DNA from: Antechinus flavipes
Lineage: Eukaryota
Assembly (NCBI RefSeq): GCF_016432865.1
Contig: NC_067399.1
Location: 1,674,001-1,738,000, forward strand
Direction of reading: 5' to 3'
Length of the DNA stretch: 64,000 nt
The translations under genes were made by a program, and so were the position numbers. This document shows positions 31,220 through 44,500 of this stretch, piece after piece; the first letter of the stretch is position 1; every line of letters begins with the position of its first letter. Under the pieces are notes generated by a model, which saw only the letters and a list, made by a program, of their open reading frames with translations, did not search any database and was not told the origin of the DNA.

Positions 31220-34200
31220 TCACCGCGGCCCGTTCAGGCAGGCCCTCAGCCGCTCCAGCCCGTTCCTCTCCACGAAGGCTCGGGCCTGCGCCGCCGCCCT
31301 CATCTCCACCAGGAGAAGCACCATCTCTCGCACTTCGGACCTGGGGGCAGAGGGGTCTCAGCGGGGCACACACACGTGCCCCCCCCAGCCAGGGCCCCCC
31401 GGCTCCAGCACTCACCCGAGCTCGTGGTCATGCAGCTGCTGGGCCGCCCGCACCAGCGCCAGCACCAGGTTGGCCAGCTGGGGAACGGGGGGCCCCGCGG
31501 GGTCCCCGCCGAGCCAGCTCTGGGGGAGACTCTCCACCACCTGGGGGGCCACACACCTGTCACCCAGGCTCTCCTTCCTGGGCCCCCCACCTCACTCCCC
31601 AGGCGGTGGTTCTCTTCCCTTCCTCCTCTGCAGCCCGCCCCCTCCCTCAGCTCGGCCCCCCCCCCCACAGACCGCCCCCTCCCTCAGCTCGGCCCCCCCC
31701 ACAGACCGCCCCCTCCCTCAGCTCGGCCCCCCCCACAGCCCGCCCCCTCCCTCAGCTCGGCACCCCCCCCCCCGCTCACCCCACGGTACTTGGCGGCCAG
31801 CCCCGGCCCTGGGCATGTGCTGGAGAGGCCGATGACCAGGTAACGACTCAGCAGCTTGTCCAGTGCCAGCTCCCGCAGGGCGCCCTCCGGGACCAGGCCC
31901 TCCCACAGGACCACGTTGCCCAGGAGCTGGAAGCGGATCAGAGGAGGCCTGGGCGGCCGCGCCCTCCTCCCCCTCTGCCCCCACCCCGGATCCCTCGGGC
32001 CAGGATGCCCCTTCCCCCCCATTTGGGAGCCATGGCCCATCAACCGGAGGCCAGAACCCCACCCCACCCCCCCCACGCGGGGGACCAGGCCGAGGGTCCC
32101 TCACCTTCACGGCCAACTGGAACTGCCGTTCCTGGAACCTGGAGTGCGGGGACTCTCTGTCCTCCAAGACCCTGATCACAGGAGCAAACAGTGAGCCACC
32201 CCCCGGCCAGCCCTACCCCCACCCGTGATAAAGTCTGGCGGCTCCTGTGGGCACAAAGGTCAAGACAGAGACAAAGACGGCTGGGGGCGTGAGCAAGAGT
32301 GCGTGTGTCTGTGCACGTGTGTGCGGGACCGGGGGCGTGTGCGTGTGTAGGGCCATGTGTGCACATGTGTGTGGGACCGGGGGCGTGTGCGTGGGGGGCC
32401 GTGTGCGTGCGTGTGCGGGACCGGGGGCGTGTGCGTGTGCACATGTGTGTGGGACTGGGGGCGTGTGCGTGCGTGTGCACTGTGCACCAGCCAGGACCCC
32501 ACCGGGCCCCAGAACCAGCGCCTGGCGGCTTGTGATCCCAGAAGGGTCATTTCCCGCCTCTTTCTCAGTCGGGGGGGGGGGGGGGGACACAGGGAGGCAG
32601 GAACCGCTCGGCCTCTGAGGTCCCTTCTGCCTCAGACTTCCGGGAAATGACGGGTTTCCTCACGAGCCCTGATTAAGCGCCTGCTGTGTACTGGGCACCA
32701 GGCCCGCCGCGCTTTCCCGGGGAAGGTGCTTAATCCTGGAGGGAAGGGGGAGTCAGGACAGGGGAGCTTGAGTTTGGGGGGCTGAGGGAGGAGAGGCTGG
32801 AGGTCCCCAGTGCAGACGGGAGGGGCCCTTGTGAGGGCAGCCAAGGCTAGCCCCGCACCCCCCGGGACGCGCTCTGAGCGCCCTCTTCACCCGTGACGGC
32901 AAGAGAAGGAATCCTCTGAAAGGCGCCTTAGAGCATCTCAGGTTAAAGCCGCGCCGGGCAACGGCCGCCGCGCTCTCGGACCTTCGCCGTCGTCCTCGCT
33001 TTCAGAAACAGAGACTAATTACAGTAAAACTGTATCTGAAAAAGGGGTTCTGGTGGAACCTGGAGGAGTCCAGCAGAGCTGGTAAGTGGAGGCCCCAGTG
33101 TAGACAGCCCTTTCCCGGGAGCCGCTAAAGCCACAGGACGAGGATGACGGAGGGAGCACGTGGAGGATGAGGGAGGGGAGGAAAGGAGAAGGGGGGCTCA
33201 CGGGGAATGGCCGCCGCTTCTTCAGTAAAGCACAGCGGGGCAGGGGCTGAGCCGGGAGCCCCAGGAGGGTCGGAGAAGTGCCGGCGCAAGGGGGGATAAG
33301 GTTGGGGGAGGGAGACTGGGGGCCACTCCTCCTGCGCCCCCTCACCTCTTTGGATAGAGGGGAATAAAGACGTCATCCTCCACCGCCTTCTTCAGCCTCG
33401 AAACGACCGAGTCCCTCAGCTCCTGGAGTCACAGGGGAGACCTTGACCCTTTCAGAAGGCCCTGATCGCAGCTCGCGCCCCCCAGCCCCGCTTCCTGGGA
33501 CCTTCACCTCGTCCTAGGCCGAGGGAAGAGGCGGGAGCCCGCCCCCGGCCGTATCCCACCCCCAACTCACAGCCTGACCCTGAGAACCCAGACGGGCTGT
33601 CCCCTGGGACCTGAGCTTCTCTCCCTTCCCGTCCCTCTGGCCTCTTGAGCCCAGGTCCTGCTCTGTGCTCTCCACGGTCCGGCCAGAACGTCCCCCGCAC
33701 AGCCTCCGTGCCCCGACCTGTCCGCATCCCGAGCTCCCCCGGGGCAACAAGGACACCCTGCGTCCACCATGACCCCAAAAGGCCCAGGCACGAAGCCCAC
33801 CCACCTGCGTGGCGTGACCCTTCCTGCCCCTCGGAGCTGGGCTCAGGCTGAGGACCTCCCTGCAGCGCTCCACGAGGCTTCTGGTCTGCGGCGTGGACAA
33901 AGGGTCCCAAAGGAACTGGACAAACCCTGAAAGAGCCGGGCTGAGAGTTGGCCCGGCCCTGCTCCCTCCAGGAGTGCTGGACCCATTCACGGCCGGGACC
34001 TTTAACCTCCAGAGGGGCCTGGGGGCGTCTGGTTCATCCCCTCCCCATCCCTATCACCAGAGGATCAGACTCCGGGCACGTTGGGGCTAAGAAGGGAGGG
34101 AACTAACCAATGCCCCGGAGCAGAGTCCGGAACAAAAGGGGGACACGGGAAGGTGGGAGGAACATGCTCTGAGCGGGTCCTGTAGAAAGGGCATCCCAAA

Positions 34201-37200
34201 TGAGCTGTTCCTCAGGTCTCCAGGGGCACCCCGACCACCCCCTCGCCTTGGTCCCTGCAAGGGAGCTCAATGCAGCCCAGCGGTATCCAAGGCAAGAAGG
34301 TGCCTACCTGCCCTTGGCTCCGGCCCCACCTTGGGCGCCTCCCTTCCAGAAAGTCTCTACTCAGCAGCCAAAAAGGAGCCACCTGAGCCCACGGACCCAC
34401 CCCCACAGCTCTGTCCCTGCCCGAGACGTGGGCTAGACAGCGGGGGGTCATCCCGGTCAATGCCAGCGGCAGCCAAGGGCACGGGCTAACGCTTCAGAGA
34501 CATGCCCTGGCTTGGGAGCGGGGGACCCCAACTCTATTCGAACCCCAAGGATCCGACAGACAGCAAGAGGGGAGAACCCAGGTCGGCTGAGGCCCAGGAT
34601 CCTGGGGTCCCAGGCCGACGGCCGGCCTCCCCTCAGGAACCTCGCCTGCCCTGCAGCCGGCTTTCTAAGAGAACCCCCGAGAAAGGAGGGGATACAGGCC
34701 ACTGACTCAATGCCACCTGTGGATCCCTGTGCATGTGCTGGGAACAACAGAGTTCTCCGAATCAAGACAGAGTCAGTACCCGTGATGTGAGGAAGGACGG
34801 TCTTGTCCAGAGCAGCTGGCAGGATCTCCTTGTCAGGGCTGTCTCTCTGCACCACCGCCCCGCTGTTGGCAAACTCCTCCAGGGATTGGAACCAGGGCAT
34901 CCGCTGCAGACTGACGCAGTCCGGCTGCAGAGGAGACAAAATGTGAAAAACACCTGTCCTCAAGCAGAATCCCCCCAGCTGCCCCAAGGCGCAGATCAAT
35001 GCCCGGCACAAAGCCTGGAGCAGCAAGGCAGGAGGAGCACGTCCCAGCCCGGACTCAAACACTCCTGCCACTTCTCCTAGCTCATATCCTCACGGGTAAA
35101 GTGGAAACAAAAAGAATCATTCTGACTCAACATGAAGCCAGAGCATGCTTATCAGCTCTCCTCCAGCTCCCAGGTCCAGAGCTGAGCACAGCCCTGCAGG
35201 TGGGGCCCTCGCACAGAGGATGAGGCCTTCAGGTGGGGCCCCTGAATGCTGCCACGTCCTCCCCAGCCCATTCTGGGGATCGCCCCCTCCTCACTGGGCC
35301 TAGTTTCTCTCCATAGTCTCATCATGCCATTCTTCTTGGTCAGTGAAGCAGTCAGTAAACACTGATTAAGTACCTATGATATGTCAGGTGCCGTGTGGGG
35401 AATACGATGAGAGGCAAAAAAGACTCCTTACCCTCAAGGACCTCAGTTTAATGTGAAAAACACATACACAACTAAAATAAGCTACATAAATGGGAAATGA
35501 AGAGGGACCGGGACAAAAAGGAGGCGAAGAAGGAAGGAGAGCATTCTGAGTATGGGAGACAGAGAAAAGGGAAGGTCCTGTTTGTGAGAGTGGGACCATT
35601 GGATCCAATTGTATATGGTAGGAAATGTAAGGTATAAGAAACCTGAAAAGGTAGCAAGGGCTAGGCTACAAAGGACTTTGGAGGCCAAGCAGAGCATTTT
35701 GTTTTTGACGCTGGAGGCAATAGGAGCCATTCAGGTTTACTGAGAAGGGGGTGTGACATGATCAGATCAGTGCTTTAGGAAGATTAATTTGGCATCTGGA
35801 TGAAGAATGGAATACAGGGGAGAGAAACTGGAAACATACTTCTCAACCCCCCGCCAGCAGCTGCTGCCATAGTCCAGGGTGAAGGAGAGAAGGGGGCATG
35901 TGGCAGAGGTGCTGCAGAGGTGAAACGGACCAGAGATGCTGCAGAGATGAAACTGACCAGAGAAGTGCAGAGGTGAAACGGACCAGAGAAGTGCAGAGGT
36001 GAAATGGACTAGAGATGCTGCAGAGATGAAACGGACCAGAGAAGTGCAGAGGTGAAATGAACCAGAGATGCTGCAGAGATGAAATGGACCAGAGAAGTGC
36101 AGAGGTGAAATGGACCAGAGATGCTGCAGAGATGAAACGGACCAGAAAAGTGCAGAGGTGAAACGGACCAGAGATGCTGCAGAGGTGAAATGGACCAGAG
36201 ATGCTGCAGAGATGAAACTGACTGGAGGTACAAAAGTGAAATCATTAGGCTCTGGTCCATAGTAGATAAGGGGGAACGGGGCAGAAAGCATGAGGAGCCC
36301 AGGATAGCTCTTAGGTTAAGAGCCTGAGAGACTGGGAAGATATTGGTGGCACAATAGATAGTATGTCAGGAAGACCTGAAGAAGAAGTTTCAGTTGAAGG
36401 ATGAGAGGGTGGAGGGTCAGAAGTCAGATGGCAATGAAGAAGAGAATGAACAGAAAGGGGGGTCCCTAGTATAGATAGCCTTCTCAAGGGATTTAGCCAC
36501 AAAAGACAAGAAAAATATCAGATGGCAATTAGGGAGGTGGGTGGACCAAAGACATGTTATTGAGGTTTGTTACTGACATATTTGTAGACAGGAGAGAAGC
36601 AGACAGAAGGATAGAGAGAAAATAAGGGGGAGAGGGATAAGAGAGGGTGATTTGTTGGAAAAAGGTGGATCGAATGAGATCCAGCTAGCAGAATTTGACT
36701 TGATAAGGAGGCACCTCTTTCTATGGGCTGGGGGTGAGCTCCTCAAAGGCACAGCCCATCTCCCTATGTCTCTGTCCTGCCATGTCCAGCAGAGAGCAGG
36801 CCCACATCAAGTGCTCCCCAGACTCCAAGCTGTCCCACCAGACTCATCTGAAAAGCCATCAAGGTCCATCTGTCACTTCTAGAATCAAATCAATCTCAGG
36901 CCTGAGGTCCCAGCCCCCATGCCGCTCTTGATTAGTCATTCAGCCCTGTTCACTATCCCGCTGTTCAGTGTCTCTGCCACAAAGAATCCTCTCCACCCTA
37001 TGGCCTACAAAGAATCCTCCCACTTGGGTTGAAGGCTCTCTAGGCCCTGTGTTTAAGGCTGGTAATCAGCACCTCCTCTCCCAGAACTCCTGGTTCTAGT
37101 CTCTGGGGTCAAGCAGACCAAGAACGATCACTTGTCCCATGGCAGCTCTTCAGATTTAGATTCAGAGGGTTCCACCTTTCCCAGAGCCTCTTCTCCTGCA

Positions 37201-40200
37201 AGCTCAGCATGCCCATTCCTATGGCTGATTCTCACTTTAAACAGACCTCCTCCAGCCAATCCCTGACCCTGGATTATGATGAAGGCCTTTCCCATCCTTG
37301 AGGCACACTTCTTTGGAACTTCCATATTGGCTGGTTCCATTCACTTTGCCCCTAGGTTTGCATTAACTCATTGCTTCCTGAAATCTTTTTCCCACTTTAA
37401 GGACCCAGGCCCAGGGTCTCTGGCCCCTGGAGCACCTGCCTGGGATACAGCTGTTATTTTATTTTGGGCCTACAATTGGCTGAGGCCAGAGTTATATACA
37501 GTACAGGGGAAACAAGAAGCCCCCAGGCTGGAGACCACCCAATCACTAAGTCCCTTAAGAAGCACAGATACCTTAAGAGGGTTCCAATCCATCATTTGAA
37601 TCCTTATGAAAGGACTCAAAAGTTTGGGTAAGCAGAGACTGGCATAAGCTTCATAATAGGAATCAGGAAACTGCTCTCGCCATTGCTGGAATTTCAACAA
37701 AATCTTCTGGACGTCAGAAAATTCCTCATTGACATCTTCAAAAATACTGTGGCAGTTTTGTAAAATAGCCCCTGCGGATCAAAGGACAAAGCGGGCCACA
37801 GAGGATGAGCAAGGCAGTCTCCTTAGTTATGTCCCATTCGGGAGGGGCCAACAAGTGTCCCCCTAAACCTCCCCAGCCTCTTTTGTCCACCACCCAATTC
37901 TAGGTCCCAGGGTGGATTGACAAAGGGACCTATGCTGCACCACCTTCCTACACTAGGCAGTTAGTCTACTGAGAAAAAAGCCAAGTTCAGAAGCCAGCAG
38001 CTACAATGTGCCTTGGACCCTTAAAATCTGAGCACGGTCTCAGTTTCTGCCTTTAACTTAGTCTGATGCTGACAGGGGAGTCACAGGGACCCCAGACCAA
38101 AGGGGAGCTGGCACTTCTGTCCTTCTAAGTAGCAGAGCCTCCCAGCTTGCCAAAGAGGGCTGACTCCAGGAATATCTTCTCCTGTTCACAACCAAAACTA
38201 GTTCAGGAACTTGCAGAGCTCAGAGCAAGGGGGCAGCAGTTCCTTGGACCTGGATCAGATCACTCTGAGGTTATTTTATGCTTTCAAATACCCAGCCTGA
38301 GCTGTCCTTAAGATCACAGAATAATATCACACTCAACTCTCCCAAGAAAGGAGCAACAGAACCAGCACAGACCTCTCCAGAAGTGTGCAGAGACTAAACT
38401 ACTATCAAATAGGAAAATGAAGAATTCCACTATAATAGTGGATATTTAGGACACAAAAGAAAAAGAAAAAACTGATGTTAAAACATCTACAAGCAAAGCT
38501 TCAGAGAAAAAGAGAGCTTGGGCAAAAATTCTATTCAAATTCCTGGAACAATGGGGAAAAAAAGCTTAAAAATGTTTTTTAATGATAAAATGAGAGCATT
38601 GGGGGGAAATGGAAAATAAATGAGAGTTATGATAATGAGAAAGAACTGGAAAGATATTACAACAGCTTGGCACAAGGAATAAAATCTGTCCAAGCAACTC
38701 CCTGAAAATTGGAATGAACCAAATAGAAATCAATGGCTCCAAGAGGCAACAAGAAATATTAAAATAAATTCAAAATGCTTAAAAGAAACTTAGAAAAAAA
38801 ACCCATAAAAATAATTGCTCTGGAAAATAATTAAGAGAGGAAAAAAGATAAAGAATCTATCTGAATGATATGATCAAAAAAATAAAAAAGGAGCCTGGAC
38901 ATCCTATTTCAAACAATTTTAAAAGAAGATTGCCCAGAGTTCCTACAACTAGATGGCAGGCAGAAAAGAGAAAGAATCCACCAATCACTTTCTGAAAGAA
39001 AAGCCAAAGTAAAAACTTCCAGAAAGATGAGAGATGAATCAAGAGCTTCCAGATCAAAAAATAAATCCTCAAGCAGTCAAAAAGAAAGAATTCCAGGATC
39101 CCGTCTGACTTAGCAGTCACTACCATAAAGAAAAAGAAACAGTGGAATATACTATTACAAAAGACAAAGGATATGGGCTCAAACACAACAATAACCAACC
39201 AGTGAAACTGATTATAATGCTATTGGCAGCAGGGGAAGGTGGGAGTGGGGGTGCTGAGAAGGAATGGACCTTTAATGAAATAGGCTTTCCATGAAAAAGC
39301 CTTGAAGTTCAAATATAGCAGTGAAGAGAAACAAAAAGGTAAAAATGAACAATTACATGGAATTAAATAGAGATAATTAATCAACGAATCAACATTTAAA
39401 CATCCATTATATGCTAGGCATTATCTTAAGTGCCAGGGACACAAAAAGAAGTAAAAGATAGTTCCTGCTTTCAAGAAGTTTATAATCTAATGGAGGAAAT
39501 AACAAGCAAACACATACAGACAGCTATTGACAAGATAACTAGGAAATAATGAAGATGAATTTGAGGCTTCCTGTAGGAGATGGGATTTTATTTGGAACTT
39601 AAGGGAGAATTCAGAGATCAGCAGTTAGAATGGAGGAGGCAGAGACGGCATGGGGAACAGCCAGAAAAAATACTCAGAACTGGATAGAGACGGGGGGAGG
39701 GGGGTGGGGTCTTGTTCATAGTCAGGAGGCCAGTGGCACTAGATCAAAAACTACCTTTGTAGTGGGAGTATAGTAAGAAGACTGGAAAGGAATAAGGTAT
39801 TCTATGACATGAAGGGCTTTGAATGCCAAAGAAAGCATTTCGTATTTGATATTGAAGGTCACGGAAGGAGTAGGGGTGTGTGTGACATAACTGGACCCGT
39901 GATTTTATCACTTTGGTGGCTGAATGAAGGATGGACTAAAGTGGTGAGAGACTAAAGGCAGGTAAACCACCTTAACAGGTTATTAGTCTAGCTATTGGGT
40001 GACGTAGGCCTGCACCAGGGAGAGGGAAATATCAGAAGAGGGAGAAAGGGAGTATATAGGAGAGATGCTACATGAAATTAACAAGAAATGCTACAGAGGT
40101 GAAATGGACCAGAGGTCCTGAAGAGATGAAATGGACCAGAGATGCCACGCTGAAACAAACCAGAGATGCTGCAGAGGTGAAATGGATCAGAGATGCCACG

Positions 40201-41523
40201 CTGTAACAAACCAGAGATGCTGCAGAGGTGAAATGGATCAGAGATGCCATGCTGAAACAAACCAGAGATGCTGCAGAGGTGAAATGGATCAGAGATGCCA
40301 CGCTGAAACAAACCAGAGATGCTGCAGAGGTGAAATGGACCAGAGATGCCACGCTGTAACAAACCAGAGATGCTGCAGAGGTGAAATGGATCAGAGATGC
40401 CACGCTGTAACAAACCAGAGATGCTGCAGAGGTGAAATGGACCAGAGATGCCACGCTGTAACAAACCAGAGATGCTGCAGAGGTGAAATGGACCAGAGAT
40501 GCCACGCTGTAACAAACCAGAGATGCTGCAGAGGTGAAATGGATCAGAGATGCCACGCTGAAACAAACCAGAGATGCTGCAGAGGTGAAATGGACCAGAG
40601 ATGCCACGCTGTAACAAACCAGAGATGCTGCAGAGGTGAAATGGACCAGAGATGCCACGCTGTAACAAACCAGAGATGCTGCAGAGGTGAAATGGACCAG
40701 AGATGCCACGCTGTAACAAACCAGAGATGCTGCAGAGGTGAAATGGATCAGAGATGCCACGCTGAAACAAACCAGAGATGCTGCAGAGGTGAAATGGACC
40801 AGAGATGCCACGCTGTAACAAACCAGAGATGCTGCAGAGGTGAAATGGACAGAGATGCCACGCTGTAACAAACCAGAGATGCTGCAGAGGTGAAATGGAT
40901 CAGAGATGCCACGCTGAAACAAACCAGAGATGCTGCAGAGGTGAAATGGATCAGAGATGCCACGCTGAAACAAACCAGAGATGCTGCAGAGGTGAAATGG
41001 ATCAGAGATGCCACGCTGAAACAAACCAGAGATGCTGCAGAGGTGAAATGGATCAGAGATGCTACAAAAGGTGAAGCAGACTAGAGATCCTGCAGAGATG
41101 AAATAGATCAGGGAGATGCTGCAGAGATGAAATGGACCAGAGATGCTGCAGAGGTGGAATGGAAGGGCCTTGGTATCATACTGGATATAAGAATTCTTAT
41201 TTCTACCCTAATTACACACACAATACGTTATATGCACACATCTTCCAAATATATATACATCACATACGTGTACACTACACAAATATGCCCTCACGTATAC
41301 AAACACCATACACATACATAACACGTGCTGCATACTTACACCACACATAACTATGTACACAACTCACACACAGCCCACACATTCACATATAAGCCCCGTG
41401 CATGTGTGTATAAATTATACACACATTGATAAACATTTACAAGCACATACAATATATGTACACATACGCTTCATATACACATATACAAATTACACGTGCA
41501 CACATATGCCATAAGTATATACC

Positions 41524-41561
<38 letters not shown>

Positions 41562-44500
41562 CCCACATAGGTACATACAGAGAGAACTGGTTATAGAAAA
41601 ACATTTTACACAGCAGGAAAACTGGAGAGAAAAGAGAAATTTATCCTGAGCCAAAGCTTAATCCAGAATGTACAGCAGCAGCCTAAATTCACACTCAGTC
41701 TGAAGAAATGAGGACGGGGAGGGCTCCAGAGAGGACAATGAGCTGATGATCAGGGGAATGACTGACTGACTCCAGGAAGCTCTTAAGGATATTATGGGAC
41801 ATAACAAGGCACGTGTTTTGGGTGTGCCAATGGCCAAAGTTGTGTCTCGTGATGGTACGTGTTGGCAAAAGAGGTTTTGTTTTTCTCTCTTTCTCTATTG
41901 GGAGGGGACAGAGAGCCAGAGAAGGCAGACCTTTTGTGGACGGGTTGAAAAAAAAACTGAATTAGCACAGTTATACAGAAAACCAAACACTAATAAAGGC
42001 TGGGCAGGAGGGAAGGGACACAGGTGGAAGTTCACCGCACACACAGAGCACCAACCTCGTCTCTCCCGGAAGTCTGCTCCCTCTGACGGAGTCCCACTGT
42101 ACTCGTCATCACTACCGGACGCACCTTCCTGATGCCGAGATGTGCCAGGGCTCTCAGTGGCTTGTGTTTTCTGCATACTGCATTTTGGAATAAGTATTAG
42201 TCTTTTCTCAACAAGGGACCAAGAGCAACATTAGAGCTGGAGAAAATCGATCTGTCCCAAGACCTCAGCCCACACCAGAAGCCACCCTAGGGCCTGTGGG
42301 GACAAAGAGCCCTCCCCCTGATTTCAGAACAGTCACTAAGAAGATATTCAGGTCCAAAGAGGAGGCGGGCTACCTCCAGACAGCGGGCTCTCCTAGGACA
42401 TCCTGAGTTCCAACAACACCCTCTGCCAAGCCATCGGGCGCCGGGGCGTCGTCCGTCATGCTGGCTGATGATTGACAAAGTACAGTGCTATGAGATGAGG
42501 GCTCCAGCCACCCGCTGGTCAGTGAGGCTCATCCCTGGCCCCCCTCCCTACAGTCTCACATTGTCCCTGTGGAACCCGGACCAGTCTCTCCCTCCCTCCG
42601 TCCTTCACTCCACATGACACAAGCCAGCCCTGCCCCTGCTCCCACACTGGGCACCAGGTCCGCTGGAAGCTGGAGGGGAGCCGCACCAGAACACAACACA
42701 AGTCAACTGACACCGCTAGGCCCGCGTCTGGCCCTTCCTTCAGGAAAATGGCTACCTCCCAACAGGTACTGCCTCCTGGACCTCCCCAGAGGCATCCAAA
42801 ACAGAACTCATGACCTCTGCCCCCTCCTACTTGCCTGCCCTGGAAAGGGCACCTCCCTGCTCCCGCCCCCTAAGCTCCTCAGCCTGGACTCCTCACTCTC
42901 TCACCAAAGCCTCACCTCAACAGACACGCCCCTCGTCTCCTCTGACTCCTCTCCTGCCCAAGTGCAGACCCCCATCCCCTCACACCTTGAGGGGGGGAGG
43001 GGAGGTCTGCCTGCCTCTGGTCTCTCCCCACTCCCACCCATCCTCCACGCAGCCCCTGATGTGAGCACGGCGCCCTGCCCCCGACACACTGTAAACAGCA
43101 GGGAGCCCTCAGAATGCAACGCGCTCCCCTGGGTGGCGCCCCAGTATCTCCACAACTAGACACTATCCCCGTTATCCTACGCGATTCCCCAGGACACGCC
43201 CCTGCCTCCCCCCGGTCACTGGTGGCGGCTGCCAGGCCTTCTCCCTGTCTTGTTTCAGGGGCCTGGCCCTCCCCGAGTGAGGGAGCCCCCAGGCAGCCCT
43301 GCCCCCCCCAAACGGCCCCGGGACGACATCCTCCCCGACCCCCGGAAGCAGTTTCTCGCCTCTAGTCCACAACTGAGTCTGAGCTGAAGCAAATTCCGGC
43401 CTCGAAACCTGGTTTGAGGCATTTTCCCCCGAGTGGCCGAGGACGTTTTGCTCATTCTGAGCTTTCCGACGCGAGAAGCTTCCTGCCAGGGGCCTGAAGG
43501 CCTGGGACCCCCCAGGCTGACAGCGCCCTCACCTGCCAGCTGCTGTAAGCGCGCGGCTTCGCTGCGTAACTCCGCCTGTCGCCGCTTCCACAAGGCGGCG
43601 GCGCGCTCCCGGAGGAGCGACTGCATGGCCGCCTCGAGCTGCTGAATGTCCCCGATCTGAAACGGCATCCGAGGAAACCGAAGCCAAGTGAGCGCGGGAG
43701 CCCGCGCGGAGGCGCCCTTCCCTGGGAAAAAGCCCGGCCGGCCTCCCGGGACCCGTCTGAGGCTGCTCCTCCCGTCAGCGGGCGCGGCCCCGCGTCCAGA
43801 GCTCGCGGCGGCTCATGGGCGGCCCGAGAGCTTCTCAGACGGGTCTTAGTCTCCGGGCTGGACGAAGAGCCCCCCGAATTATCGCTGCCCCGCGGGTCCC
43901 GCTCTGTGCCATCCCGAGGCGAAGCCCGAGAGCCTGGACGCCGCAGGGAGCCCGGCCAGCTTTCCCCTCGTGCGGCCTCGGAGGCCCCGGGTCTCTCTGG
44001 GACCCAGCGCTGGGGCGCCCGACCTTCCCGAGCCACAGGCCGCGGTCCAGGCGCCAGGGCCCAGGGGGCGCCATACCTTCTCCCGCAGGCAGTCGACCAG
44101 GGCCGCCAGGTAGGCCTTCATGGCCCTGTAGAAGGCACAGGTGGGCGCGGGGTCTGGCGCCTTCTCGAGGTCCGCGACGGCGCTCTTGGCGCTGACCACG
44201 TCCTGCAGGCGTCTCTCGTACTCCCTCTGGTGGGAACGGTGCACGCCCTCCAGGGAGGCCAGCCTGAGCCCGGGGACCAGAGCTCGTCACTGCCCGCTGC
44301 GGGCCCCGGGGCCTCCCTCTGTCCCTGGCAGACCCGCGGGTCAGCGGGGAACCAGCCGGCCCCGAAGCCCCTCGGCCTCCACGTGCCCCGGACGGCGCCG
44401 TCTCCAGGCAGGACCGAGGGAGAGAGCCCCGACACCTCGGCCACCCCCCTCGGTGGGGACGGGAGGCAGGAGCTGCGTCCTCCGGGGCCTTGTGGAGACT

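Noticed and set aside
38857-39198. 113-aa hydrophobic minus-strand ORF
   Set aside because: Antisense reading of the A-rich L1 ORF1 relic.
40068-41024. Periodic 245-318-aa ORFs ([34 protein letters not shown])
   Set aside because: Produced by a 51-bp intronic minisatellite; no start context or splice support.
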